Virus record (IMG/VR): IMGVR_UViG_3300038335_000064
Span: 1 to 39,723 of that record
Source of the DNA: a virus
Reading direction: 5' to 3' (one strand)
DNA length: 39,723 nt
The notes below the pieces were generated by a model. It did no database searches. It saw only the letters and a list, made by a program, of their open reading frames with translations, and had not been told where the DNA came from. This document shows, piece by piece, positions 6,891 through 14,681 of the stretch. The translations under genes were made by a program, and so were the position numbers. Each line of letters opens with the position of its first letter. The stretch's first letter is position 1.

Positions 6891-7749
6891 GCCGCAGCCG
6901 CCAACAGCGGCAGAAGGATTTCTGATCATCGCCAGCCTGATCTTGTTCGCGGCGGTATGGGCGGTGATCGCGCAACGCGGTCGAATGGCCGGCCGGCATG
7001 CCGTATTGCGCCATCTCGCCGGACTGTTCGGCGGCAGCGCCGTGTGGTTTCTGGCGATGCTGCTTGGCATCGGCGTGCGCCTCCCAGGCACGGTTGCAAG
7101 CGTTTCGATGATCGCCGCGCTGCTGATGCTGCCGAAGCTGACAGCGATCAGCGCACAGGTTGGCAATATCCGTGCGGAGTGGCTGCGATTCAAGGCAGAA
7201 ACAAAAGACGCATGGCGCCAGGCCGACGCTCAAACCGCGCAAGAGGCGCGTGCTCGGCGCGAAGCGGAGGAAAGCCGCCTGCGCGAGGAGCGCGAAGAGC
7301 GCGAAAGGCAACGACTCATCGCGCTCGAAACCTTACCCGAGCGCCTGCGTCTCCAGCGAGAACGGGCCGCAGCGTCTGTGCGCGAACTCTGCGCAAGGCG
7401 GGATCTGGAAAAATCCGCGCGCCTCGAAACACCCAATCATGACGACGGTATCCGCTTGCTGCGCTCTCCCATGCACGATGTGTCGCATCGCGGAGATGGC
7501 GGTTGGGATGGTTCAACTGCTGCAGTAGGACCTGAGCGCGTGACATTTACCTACGAAGACGCTTTCGGCAACGTGACCGACCGAGAAGTAGTAGTGCATC
7601 GCGCGGACAGGCAATGCTTTGCTGGATACTGCATGGAGCGCCAAGCCGAGCGCACATTCCGCTACGACCGCATCGTCGGCGAAGTCGTGCGTACCGACAC
7701 CGGCGAGGCGCTGAGCGCCAAGGCGTGGATGCGCGAATTGACCCGCTGA
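6880..7749 (+). CDS. Three-TM membrane protein with a coiled coil and a C-terminal WYL-like domain
   Basis: GGAGG lies 5 nt before ATG 6880, and the gene overlaps its upstream neighbour by 11 nt. There are three N-terminal hydrophobic helices and an ARARREAEESRLREEREERERQR coiled coil. The C-terminus VTFTYEDAFGNVTDREVVVHRADRQCFAGYCMERQAERTFRYDRIV fits the WYL pattern. Confidence 0.65.
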   Translation: MSPEPQPPTAAEGFLIIASLILFAAVWAVIAQRGRMAGRHAVLRHLAGLFGGSAVWFLAMLLGIGVRLPGTVASVSMIAALLMLPKLTAISAQVGNIRAEWLRFKAETKDAWRQADAQTAQEARARREAEESRLREEREERERQRLIALETLPERLRLQRERAAASVRELCARRDLEKSARLETPNHDDGIRLLRSPMHDVSHRGDGGWDGSTAAVGPERVTFTYEDAFGNVTDREVVVHRADRQCFAGYCMERQAERTFRYDRIVGEVVRTDTGEALSAKAWMRELTR

Positions 7750-7828
7750 GAATGCAGCGAACATCACGCCGCCGCCATTCCAGCCACACCCGGTAACCCA
7801 ACGCCTGCGCCACGCGGGGTGTAGCCGA

Positions 7829-8158
7829 TCACCGCGCCGCCTGCCCAAGAGTGTCGGCCGCCCACTGATTGAGGCTTTTGCCGGCGAGCTCGGCGGCGCG
7901 GATCGCGACGGCGTGCAAATCCGGCGACACCCTCAGCAGTATCTTGCCGCTCGCCGGCCGCTCTGGGCGCTGCCCCAGCTTGCTGCATGCCTCGGTGTAA
8001 TCGTCCACCGCAGCATGGAACGCCTGCTCCAGTTCGTCCACCGTGGACCCGTGGAATCCCACAACATCGCGGATGCCGGCAACGTGGCCGACGAAGATGC
8101 GATCTTCCGGATCGTACTCGATGCGGGCCGCGTAGCGCTTGTAGATCATGGTGTTCAT
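7829..8158 (-). CDS. hicB: HicB-family antitoxin
   Basis: MNTMIYKRYAARIEYDPEDRIFVGHVAGIRDVVGFHGSTVDELEQAFHAAVDDY... followed by a C-terminal RHH-like tail. ATGA overlap with hicA. Confidence 0.85.
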   Translation of the reverse strand: MNTMIYKRYAARIEYDPEDRIFVGHVAGIRDVVGFHGSTVDELEQAFHAAVDDYTEACSKLGQRPERPASGKILLRVSPDLHAVAIRAAELAGKSLNQWAADTLGQAAR

Positions 8159-8409
8159 GGCGTTACTCCAATGCATTGCAAGAACGAGCGCGCATCCTTG
8201 ACGCGGTAACGCAGCGCTTCCTTACGCGGGTGCGGGCGATGGAAAAACACCTTCTCCCCATCCTTCTCGAACGTGACCGACGACCCGCTGCCATCAACTC
8301 GCCGGCAGCCGATGGCCAGCAGCAGCGCCTCGATTCTGGACCACTCCAATGCCCCGTTCACCGGTTCGGCAAAGATGGCGGCCAACGTCTTGCGGTGCGC
8401 GCTGTTCAT
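8155..8409 (-). CDS. hicA: HicA-family mRNA interferase toxin
   Basis: 84 aa, MNSAHRKTLAAIFAEPVNGALEWSRIEALLLAIGCRRVDGSGSSVTFEKDGEKVFFHRPHP. Confidence 0.85.
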   Translation of the reverse strand: MNSAHRKTLAAIFAEPVNGALEWSRIEALLLAIGCRRVDGSGSSVTFEKDGEKVFFHRPHPRKEALRYRVKDARSFLQCIGVTP

Positions 8410-8416
8410 GCGGCAC

Positions 8417-8444
8417 ATGATATCACATTGTGCTATCAATGCAA
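8417..8444 (-). promoter_or_regulatory. Candidate hicAB promoter
   Basis: On the minus strand: TTGCAT (8444-8439), 16 nt, TATCAT (8422-8417). The ATG is 7 nt downstream, so the mRNA may be leaderless. The 8-bp palindrome TGATATCA (8418-8425) overlaps the -10. Confidence 0.4.
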
Positions 8445-8542
8445 CACGCCCCGAATCCATCCCACCGGCCAGCGCCGGAGCCGCACTGCGCTGAGCATGC
8501 CCGCTATCGCAACAACCGGCACCTGCATCATGCAAAACGTCA

Positions 8543-8557
8543 TTACCATAACGGTAT
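8543..8557. promoter_or_regulatory. Operator-like 15-mer TTACC-N5-GGTAT
   Basis: Same half-site and spacing as the cI/cro operators. It abuts the -35 of the rightward promoter. Confidence 0.45.
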
Positions 8558-8585
8558 TGACATGGCATAACCATTGCGGTAATGT
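8557..8585 (+). promoter_or_regulatory. Candidate rightward early promoter
   Basis: TTGACA (8557-8562), a 17-nt spacer, TAATGT (8580-8585). The CGGTAATGTCT context matches the cro promoter -10. Confidence 0.5.
8568..8582. promoter_or_regulatory. Operator-like 15-mer TAACC-N5-GGTAA
   Basis: Overlaps the spacer and -10 of the 8557-8585 promoter. Confidence 0.4.
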
Positions 8586-8625
8586 CTCCCCACACCGCCA
8601 CCCAGCGGCCCACAGGGAGACCCAC

Positions 8626-9033
8626 ATGACCACCGCCGCAGCGCCAGCCACCAGCACGCCCACCGCCGTCTACGCCACCACCCCCGCCAGCGGCAATCTC
8701 CCCGCGCTCGAATGGAGCGCCACGCTGTGCGACGGCCGCAACGTTGATCACGCAATGGCCGAGGCGTCGTGCGCCGCACTCGGCGACGGCTGGCGCTTGC
8801 CGACGGCCGAAGAGCTGCTTTCGCTGGTCGATCGTTCGCGCCACTCCCCTGCGATCGACACCACCGCTTTCCCCGACACCAAGAACGATTGGTACTGGAC
8901 CAGCACGATCACGGCGTGGTCGCCCGGCTCCGCCTGGATCGTCGATTTCAGCGACGGCCTCGCCTACGACTGCCGCCGCGACTGCAACGGCGCCTGCGTG
9001 CGTGCGGTGCGGTCCGTGGCGTCCGGTCAGTAA
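8626..9033 (+). CDS. DUF1566 (Lcl C-terminal-like) domain protein
   Basis: AGGGAGA precedes ATG 8626. Contains GDGWRLPTAEELLSLVDRSRHSPAIDTTAFPDTKNDWYWTSTITAWSPGSAWIVDFSDG. Confidence 0.75.
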   Translation: MTTAAAPATSTPTAVYATTPASGNLPALEWSATLCDGRNVDHAMAEASCAALGDGWRLPTAEELLSLVDRSRHSPAIDTTAFPDTKNDWYWTSTITAWSPGSAWIVDFSDGLAYDCRRDCNGACVRAVRSVASGQ

Positions 9034-9059
9034 CTCTGCCTTTTTGCCAAGGATCGTCC

Positions 9060-9362
9060 ATGAGCAGTGCAACCACTGAGCCATCCGTAGACCAACCCAG
9101 CTATGAGCTGCGCATCTACCGCGCACCGAGCAACCAATGGTCGTGGGAAGTACGTAACGAGCACGGGCCCGAGTGCGGTGGCGCCGGCTACCCCGATGCA
9201 TTCGAAGCCGCGAATGCTGGCGTGGCGGAGTTGTGGCAGCACATCCCAGACCCCGCCGTGCCCACCGACCCACAGCCCTACGAACGCGGCGAGCGCGCCT
9301 ACGTCACCCACGTAGCCGAGTCCACCGGCCACGCCATCGGCGCTGCGGAGTGCGCGCCATGA
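9060..9362 (+). CDS. Hypothetical protein
   Basis: AAGGA lies upstream. 100 aa with good GC3. Confidence 0.55.
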   Translation: MSSATTEPSVDQPSYELRIYRAPSNQWSWEVRNEHGPECGGAGYPDAFEAANAGVAELWQHIPDPAVPTDPQPYERGERAYVTHVAESTGHAIGAAECAP

Positions 9363-9571
9363 GCACCATCACCACGCCGCGCGAATTCCTCGCCCGCCGC
9401 CTCGCGCACGAACGCCTGATCCGCACCGGCAAGCGCGCCCAGGCCTGCTCCGCCGCGCGCCTTGCCGCACGCCTGTATGCAGCAGGCGCATCAGTGGACG
9501 CCGCAGCCCGGCGCGCCGCGCAACAGATCGGCGGAGACGCTACCCTCGATCCGTTTGGAGGCACGGCGTGA
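9359..9571 (+). CDS. Hypothetical protein
   Basis: ATGA overlap with the upstream gene. Confidence 0.5.
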   Translation: MSTITTPREFLARRLAHERLIRTGKRAQACSAARLAARLYAAGASVDAAARRAAQQIGGDATLDPFGGTA

Positions 9572-9849
9572 TCACGCGCTCGATCATCCCGCCCAGCCCT
9601 GCCGAGCGCCTGATCGCCTACTACACCGCCAGGGCGCGCGTTGGCGGATTCCATCCAGCCGACATCGCAGCACGCGCCTCGCGAGGCCTCGCGATCCTGC
9701 GCCGCATCGCCTGGCTCGAACAACACAAGCGCAATCGCGACCGGGCTATACCGGCCCACCGCCACCAGGCCGGCGGCCTGCATCTCATCACCTCGCGCGC
9801 AGCGGTGCCGTGGCACTGCGCATCCACACTCACTAAGGAGCAAAAATGA
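9568..9849 (+). CDS. Hypothetical protein
   Basis: GTGA overlap start. Arg-rich and weakly protein-like. Confidence 0.4.
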   Translation: MITRSIIPPSPAERLIAYYTARARVGGFHPADIAARASRGLAILRRIAWLEQHKRNRDRAIPAHRHQAGGLHLITSRAAVPWHCASTLTKEQK

Positions 9850-10196
9850 ACGCCAACAACGTCACCCACTTCGCCGAGTTGATCGGCGACCTCAATGCCG
9901 GCGTGTTCGCCCAGCAGATCGAGCGCGCACTGTCCGATACCGCCCTGGGCGTGGTCACTCACGGCCGCAAGGGCAAGGTCGTCATCACCCTCGACCTCAA
10001 GCGCATCGGCGAAAGCAATCAGGTCGCTGTCACCCACAAGCTCAATTACGTCAAACCCACCGCGCGCGGCCGAGCGACCGAGGAATACGCCACCGAGACA
10101 CCCATGCACGTCGGCCCACGCGGCGCGCTGTCGCTGTTCCCACATGAGCAAGCCAGCCTGTTCGGCGGCAGCGATGCTTCGAAGGAGCGCGCATAA
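9846..10196 (+). CDS. Hypothetical protein
   Basis: ATGA overlap. The AAGGAG within the preceding codons lies upstream. Confidence 0.6.
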   Translation: MNANNVTHFAELIGDLNAGVFAQQIERALSDTALGVVTHGRKGKVVITLDLKRIGESNQVAVTHKLNYVKPTARGRATEEYATETPMHVGPRGALSLFPHEQASLFGGSDASKERA

Positions 10197-11011
10197 TGGA
10201 TGCCAACGCGATCAACACCATCGCCGATCTCGCCGTTGCCGCCAACAATGGCGCGCACCTTGGCACGCCCACGCCGGCCCTGTTCCACGCCGGCAAGCTC
10301 ACCAGCATCGAGCACCTGCAGGCTGGCCGAGCGCGCTTTCGCGGGCGCATGACGACCTCATCGCTCGCCGACTTCGCGGGATACATCGCTGCCCGCGCAG
10401 CGGCCGCGCTGAAACCTGCGTGTTTCATCGACGCAAACGCCACGTCCGCGAAGTGCTATTTCAACCTTGGCACCGACGAGCTGCCCGGCCACGCCGATGA
10501 CATCGCCGAACTCACGCTCACCCCTACCGCAGCCTTCGCAGCCATTTGCGCCTTGGATGGCCACCGGCTTGCACAACGTGCGCTGGCCGAGTTCGTCGAA
10601 GAATGGTCGCAACACATTTCGGCCACCACGTCCGACGGTGAGGCACTCCCGCTCAGCGCCGCTGTCGTCGCGATCCGCAACATCCAGATCAAGCAACGCT
10701 CGGAATCCACGTCGACGGTGGGGAACTTCAACACCAGCCGCTCGGCACTTGATGAGATCGAGGCAAGAGCCAACGGCACCATCGAACTGCCCGGCGCACT
10801 CTACTTCCGCGTGACGCCATACGCCGGACTCACTGAGCAGATTGCCGAACTGCGCCTGTCGATCATCACCAGCGAGGAAAAGCCCGTTTTTGCCGTGCGT
10901 TGGAACCGCCGCGAGCAGATGCGCGAAGACATCGCGCAGGATTTCAAACGCGTGGTCACGTCCGCCATCGGCGGCACTGCCAGCGTGATCGTCGGCACTT
11001 TCACCCCGTAA
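10196..11011 (+). CDS. DUF2303 / YfdQ-family protein
   Basis: 271 aa. Size and sequence character are typical of prophage YfdQ-like proteins. Assigned from memory. Confidence 0.65.
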   Translation: MDANAINTIADLAVAANNGAHLGTPTPALFHAGKLTSIEHLQAGRARFRGRMTTSSLADFAGYIAARAAAALKPACFIDANATSAKCYFNLGTDELPGHADDIAELTLTPTAAFAAICALDGHRLAQRALAEFVEEWSQHISATTSDGEALPLSAAVVAIRNIQIKQRSESTSTVGNFNTSRSALDEIEARANGTIELPGALYFRVTPYAGLTEQIAELRLSIITSEEKPVFAVRWNRREQMREDIAQDFKRVVTSAIGGTASVIVGTFTP

Positions 11012-11057
11012 CCGGCACGCCCGCCGCCGGGCGATCCGGCGGCGGGCAGGAGACCAC

Positions 11058-11378
11058 ATGCGCATCTACCTCAGCGGCCCCATGAGCGGCCTTCCAGACC
11101 TCAACTTCCCCGCGTTCAATGCCGCCGCTGCCAAACTGCGCAGCCTGGGCTACACCGTGGTCAACCCCGCCGAACTCAACCCGGACAACACCACAGCCTG
11201 GGATGCGTGCATGCGCGCCGACATCAAAGCCCTGTGCGATTGCACCACACTGGCGCTGCTGCCGGGCTGGGAACGCAGCCAGGGCGCGCACCTGGAAATG
11301 CACATCGCACATCGTATCGGAATCGAGGTGTTGCAGATCGATGCGCTGGTGTGCCGTGGCGTTCCTCAAACCGCATGA
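11058..11378 (+). CDS. DUF4406 (nucleoside 2-deoxyribosyltransferase-like) protein
   Basis: MRIYLSGPMSGLPDLNFPAFNAAAAKLRSLGYTVVNPAEL...LPGWERSQGAHLEMHIA. Confidence 0.75.
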   Translation: MRIYLSGPMSGLPDLNFPAFNAAAAKLRSLGYTVVNPAELNPDNTTAWDACMRADIKALCDCTTLALLPGWERSQGAHLEMHIAHRIGIEVLQIDALVCRGVPQTA

Positions 11379-12037
11379 GTGTTCCGCGCCACATCTGGAC
11401 CGAAGCCGAAGTAGCCATGCTGCGCGCACGCTACCCGCACCAGCGCACCGCCGATATCGCGGCTGCCCTTGGCGTATCCAAAGCCAAGGTCTACTACAAA
11501 GCCGACGCGCTCGGCCTGCGCAAGAGCACCGCGTTCCTGGCCAGCCAGATGTCCGGGCGAACCGACGGAACGCGCGGCGAGAAAACACGATTCGCTTCAG
11601 GGAAACGCCCGTGGAACGCCGGCAAGAAAATCGGTACCCACGGCCGCAGCGCCGAAACGCAATTCAAGCCTGGGCAACTGACCGGCAAAGCCCGCATGTT
11701 GCTCAAGCAGATCGGTTCAGAGCGCATATCGAAGGATGGTTACCTCGAACGCAAGATCAATGATGACCAGCCGATCTACAAGCGCTGGCGCGCCGTACAC
11801 CGCATCGTCTGGGAGCGCGCCAACGGACCAATCCCGCGTGGCCACGCCATCGTGTTCCGGCCCGGCTGCCGCAGCATCAATGCCGCCGCCATCACCGTCG
11901 ACAAACTCGAACTGGTCACCCGGCGCGAACTGATGCGCCGCAACAGCATCCACAACTACCCCGAACCCATCGTCCAGGTAATGCAAGCGCGTGGCGCGCT
12001 GGTCAGGGCCATCAACCGCAGGAGCAAGGCCGCATGA
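11375..12037 (+). CDS. HNH endonuclease (HNH_3-type)
   Basis: ATGA overlap. Contains GYLERKI..RWRAVHRIVWERANGPIPRGHAIVFRPG. Confidence 0.7.
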   Translation: MSVPRHIWTEAEVAMLRARYPHQRTADIAAALGVSKAKVYYKADALGLRKSTAFLASQMSGRTDGTRGEKTRFASGKRPWNAGKKIGTHGRSAETQFKPGQLTGKARMLLKQIGSERISKDGYLERKINDDQPIYKRWRAVHRIVWERANGPIPRGHAIVFRPGCRSINAAAITVDKLELVTRRELMRRNSIHNYPEPIVQVMQARGALVRAINRRSKAA

Positions 12038-12336
12038 GCGACATCAACACCCTTCGCAGCGCGCTGTTCGAGACCCTCGCCGCGCTCAAGGACAAAGACA
12101 AGCCGATGGACCTGGATCGCGCCCGCGCGATCTGCGACGTATCGCAGACCATCATCAACTCGGCAAAGGTGGAGGTCGATTTTGTCAAGGCCACCGGTTG
12201 CAACGTCGATAGCGGTTTCATCAATGCGCTGCCGCGCAAGCAAAAGCCGGGCTACAACCTGGTCGAGCCTGCTCAATCGCAGCCGAGCAACGGCCAAAAG
12301 GCACTGCCCGGCAAGCCGTTGACCGGAGTGATCTGA
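12034..12336 (+). CDS. Hypothetical protein
   Basis: ATGA overlap. 100 aa. Confidence 0.55.
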   Translation: MSDINTLRSALFETLAALKDKDKPMDLDRARAICDVSQTIINSAKVEVDFVKATGCNVDSGFINALPRKQKPGYNLVEPAQSQPSNGQKALPGKPLTGVI

Positions 12337-12341
12337 CCGCC

Positions 12342-12587
12342 ATGACGAACCAGACAGATGCCGCCGAGAACCGCGCCTGGCGCATCGCCGATCAGGCGGC
12401 GCTTGATTTTATCGCTTGCAACGGCACAAAGGGCGCGGGCGTCGATGAGTACCTGCTTGGCTATTGCGACATTGCCGCTGACGACTATCTGAATGACTGC
12501 ATCGAGCACCTGCTGCGGCAAGCGCTCGCCACGCGCCACGAGGTGGACGAGGATACGGTAAGCGTGCAGTTGTACAAGGACATTTGA
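12342..12587 (+). CDS. Hypothetical acidic protein
   Basis: 81 aa with good coding character. Confidence 0.55.
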   Translation: MTNQTDAAENRAWRIADQAALDFIACNGTKGAGVDEYLLGYCDIAADDYLNDCIEHLLRQALATRHEVDEDTVSVQLYKDI

Positions 12588-12727
12588 ATGTGCTGGTTTG
12601 TTCGTCTTATGGGAGAGATTACGAAGTGAACAAGCGCGTGCTAGACCCATGCTGTGGGAGCCGCATAAGGCCGGCACGCATTGGCTTGTGTTCATGAAGC
12701 GTTCGGCCGGCAGTGTCTGATCACACC

Positions 12728-12955
12728 ATGACAGACACTTGGCTTATCCCCGCCGAAGTCGAAGAGCTCACCGCCAGACAGCGGTGGTCCGCGCAATGCC
12801 GGGCGCTGGCAGCAATGGGTATTCCGTTTCGGCCCAACGCCGTCGGCCGCCCGCTGGTTGAGCGTGCAGTGATACTCTCGCAGGCTGGCAAGCCAAAGCC
12901 AAAGCGCGAACCGAACTGGGGGGCCATCAAGCATGGGCCGGCCAAGACTGCATGA
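12728..12955 (+). CDS. DUF4224-domain protein (integrase-associated, possible excision factor)
   Basis: LIPAEVEELTARQRWSAQCRALAAMGIPFRPNAVGRPLV. Lies immediately upstream of int and overlaps it. Confidence 0.7.
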   Translation: MTDTWLIPAEVEELTARQRWSAQCRALAAMGIPFRPNAVGRPLVERAVILSQAGKPKPKREPNWGAIKHGPAKTA

Positions 12956-13901
12956 CAAGCACCTGCCGCGCGGTATGTTGCACCGGCACGGCGCCTACTA
13001 CTTCGTCGCTGCCGGCAAATGGCACCGGCTCGCCAGTGAGTACGGCCCGGCGCTAATCCGCTACGCCGAGCTTGTGGGCAACACGCCAACCGTGACCACG
13101 GTCGCCGATGCGGTATCACATTACCTTGAATCGAGCGCGGCACGACTACGGCCCGCCACCCTCGAAGGCTACCGCAACGGCGCCCGTAGGCTGGCCGCAG
13201 TGTTCGGCCGCATGGCTCTCAGCGACCTCACCGCCGCGCACGTCTACCGCTACCTGGTCGAGCACGGCACCGTGCAGGCGAACCGCGATCGCGCGTTGCT
13301 GAGCGCTGCGTACAGCCACGCACGCCGCATCGGCGCGTTCAGCGGCGACGACCCCACCAAGCGCCTGCAATTCCGCAACCCGGAAGTCCCGCGCCAACGC
13401 TACGTCACCGATGCCGAGTTCGCAGCACTGATCGCCGCCGCACCGCCGCGCCTCGCCGTCATCCTACGCTTCGTGTACACCACCGGCATGCGCATTGGCG
13501 ACGCGCTCGCGATGCCGATGGATGCGATCACCGACGACGGCATCGCCTACCAACAACGCAAGACCGGCGCGCGCCTGCTGATCGAGATAACGCCAGACCT
13601 GCGCGCCCTACTCGATGAAATCGCCCGCACATTTCGCCGCTTCGGCCGCCGCTATTTGTTCGAATCGCGCCCAACCCGCGCCGGGCCGGCCGGGCCGTAC
13701 ACCGTCAGCGGACTGCGCAGCAACTTTCGGCGGGCGCTGGCCAAGGCTGGGCTTGCGCACATGACCTTGCATGACCTGCGGCGCAAGGCCGGCAGCGACA
13801 TCGAGGGCGAGCACGCAACACGGTTGCTCGGCCACCGCGACGCCAAGGTCACGCAACGCCATTATCGCGCCAAGCCAGAGCGCGTAAAACCGGTCCTGTA
13901 G
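12933..13901 (+). CDS. int: Tyrosine recombinase / phage integrase
   Basis: Lambda-Int-like N-terminus MGRPRLHDKHLPRGM..GAYYF. C-terminal catalytic motifs HDLRRKAGS and LLGHRDAKVTQRHY. Confidence 0.9.
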   Translation: MGRPRLHDKHLPRGMLHRHGAYYFVAAGKWHRLASEYGPALIRYAELVGNTPTVTTVADAVSHYLESSAARLRPATLEGYRNGARRLAAVFGRMALSDLTAAHVYRYLVEHGTVQANRDRALLSAAYSHARRIGAFSGDDPTKRLQFRNPEVPRQRYVTDAEFAALIAAAPPRLAVILRFVYTTGMRIGDALAMPMDAITDDGIAYQQRKTGARLLIEITPDLRALLDEIARTFRRFGRRYLFESRPTRAGPAGPYTVSGLRSNFRRALAKAGLAHMTLHDLRRKAGSDIEGEHATRLLGHRDAKVTQRHYRAKPERVKPVL

Positions 13902-13902
13902 C

Positions 13903-13912
13903 TGTCCAAAAC
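13903..13912 (+). repeat. TGTCCAAAAC repeat, copy 1 (candidate arm-type Int site)
   Basis: Exact 10-mer, 2 nt after the int stop. Confidence 0.5.
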
Positions 13913-13963
13913 TAGCCGAAACCTCACGCAGGAATGCGGCTTCCAGCGGGTCGAAAACTCAGT

Positions 13964-13973
13964 GTTTTGGACA
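13964..13973 (-). repeat. TGTCCAAAAC repeat, copy 2 (inverted)
   Basis: GTTTTGGACA on the plus strand. Confidence 0.5.
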
Positions 13974-14030
13974 CGCAAGAATGCGCAAAATAGCGCGGCA
14001 TGGCCGTTTAAGGCCGATCAGAGCACGGCA

Positions 14031-14075
14031 CTGTTAATCAGGGGGTCGTTGGTTCGAGTCCAACTTCGGGCGCCA
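14031..14075 (+). other. attP core: 3' 45 nt of a tRNA-Asn(GUU)-like gene (anticodon loop through CCA), not a complete tRNA
   Basis: Reads as CTGTTAA loop, TCAGG, GGGTC, T-arm GTTGG-TTCGAGT-CCAAC, acceptor 3' strand TTCGGGC, then G and CCA. No matching 5' acceptor strand (GYYYGRR) or D-arm lies upstream. Confidence 0.7.
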
Positions 14076-14094
14076 CTCAAAGCTAAGCGCAGCA

Positions 14095-14124
14095 AGGCTC
14101 GCAGAGATGCGGGCCTATTTTTTT
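14095..14124 (+). terminator. Rho-independent terminator after the tRNA fragment
   Basis: AGGCTCGC-agagat-GCGGGCCT (8 bp with one G-U pair) followed by A plus seven T. Confidence 0.65.
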
Positions 14125-14155
14125 CGCGCTGGGTGCTGTCCATTTGCGGATGCTT

Positions 14156-14165
14156 TGTCCAAAAC
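14156..14165 (+). repeat. TGTCCAAAAC repeat, copy 3 (a partial CTGTCCA copy lies at 14136-14142)
   Basis: Exact 10-mer on the far side of the core from copies 1 and 2. Confidence 0.5.
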
Positions 14166-14221
14166 CCAGACACGCTGGAAGTATTGGATGCGATAATGGA
14201 CGCCTCAACCAGGAGGCGGAC

Positions 14222-14665
14222 ATGGGCAGGCCACGGAAGCACGATACGGATCTACCACAGCGTCTTTTTCAACGTCGCGGCAAGTTCTACTACGTCAACG
14301 GCGATGGGCAATGGGTGCCGCTCGGCGGCGATCGCGAAGAAGCGATCACTGCCGCGGAGCGGATGAACGCCTTGTCCGCCGAAGCGCGCCTCGCCGCAGC
14401 CGCGATGGTCCGGGATGTGGGTGCGGAGTTGCGTCGAATCGTGTTCGGCCGGGACGGGCACAAGTGCGTTTACTGCGGGGCAACCGACCTGCTCGAAATA
14501 GACCACGTCGTGCCTGCGGCGAACGGCGGCGCATCGACCGTGCGCAACCTAGTCGTCGCTTGCTCGCGTTGCAACATGATGAAGTCCGACGGCGACTTGG
14601 CCGCGTTCTTCATGAAGCTGCACCGCGTGGTAGAGCGGTGTCTGGACGCGGCCGCCGCGAAGTGA
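14222..14665 (+). CDS. Fusion protein: lambda-Int-type arm-binding N-terminal domain + HNH nuclease
   Basis: AGGAGG lies 5 nt before the ATG. The N-terminus MGRPRKHDTDLPQRLFQRRGKFYYVNGDGQWVPLGGDREEAITAAERMN parallels the int N-terminus here and the lambda Int arm-binding domain. The C-terminus carries HKCVYCG..EIDHVVPAANGG..NLVVACSRCNMMK. Confidence 0.75.
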   Translation: MGRPRKHDTDLPQRLFQRRGKFYYVNGDGQWVPLGGDREEAITAAERMNALSAEARLAAAAMVRDVGAELRRIVFGRDGHKCVYCGATDLLEIDHVVPAANGGASTVRNLVVACSRCNMMKSDGDLAAFFMKLHRVVERCLDAAAAK

Positions 14666-14681
14666 CCCGACGCAAGCGCGA

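Noticed and set aside
7987-8625. N-terminal 213 aa of plus ORF 7987..9033, and the N-terminal 288 aa of minus ORF 8155..9273
   Set aside because: Both are antisense shadows across hicAB or the DUF1566 gene. Only the segments with SD sequences and family motifs (8626..9033 and 8155..8409) are kept.
13995-14075. A complete tRNA gene next to the integrase
   Set aside because: Only the anticodon loop, T-arm, 3' acceptor strand and CCA are present. No 5' acceptor strand complementary to TTCGGGC and no D-arm can be found upstream. It is treated as an attP core fragment.
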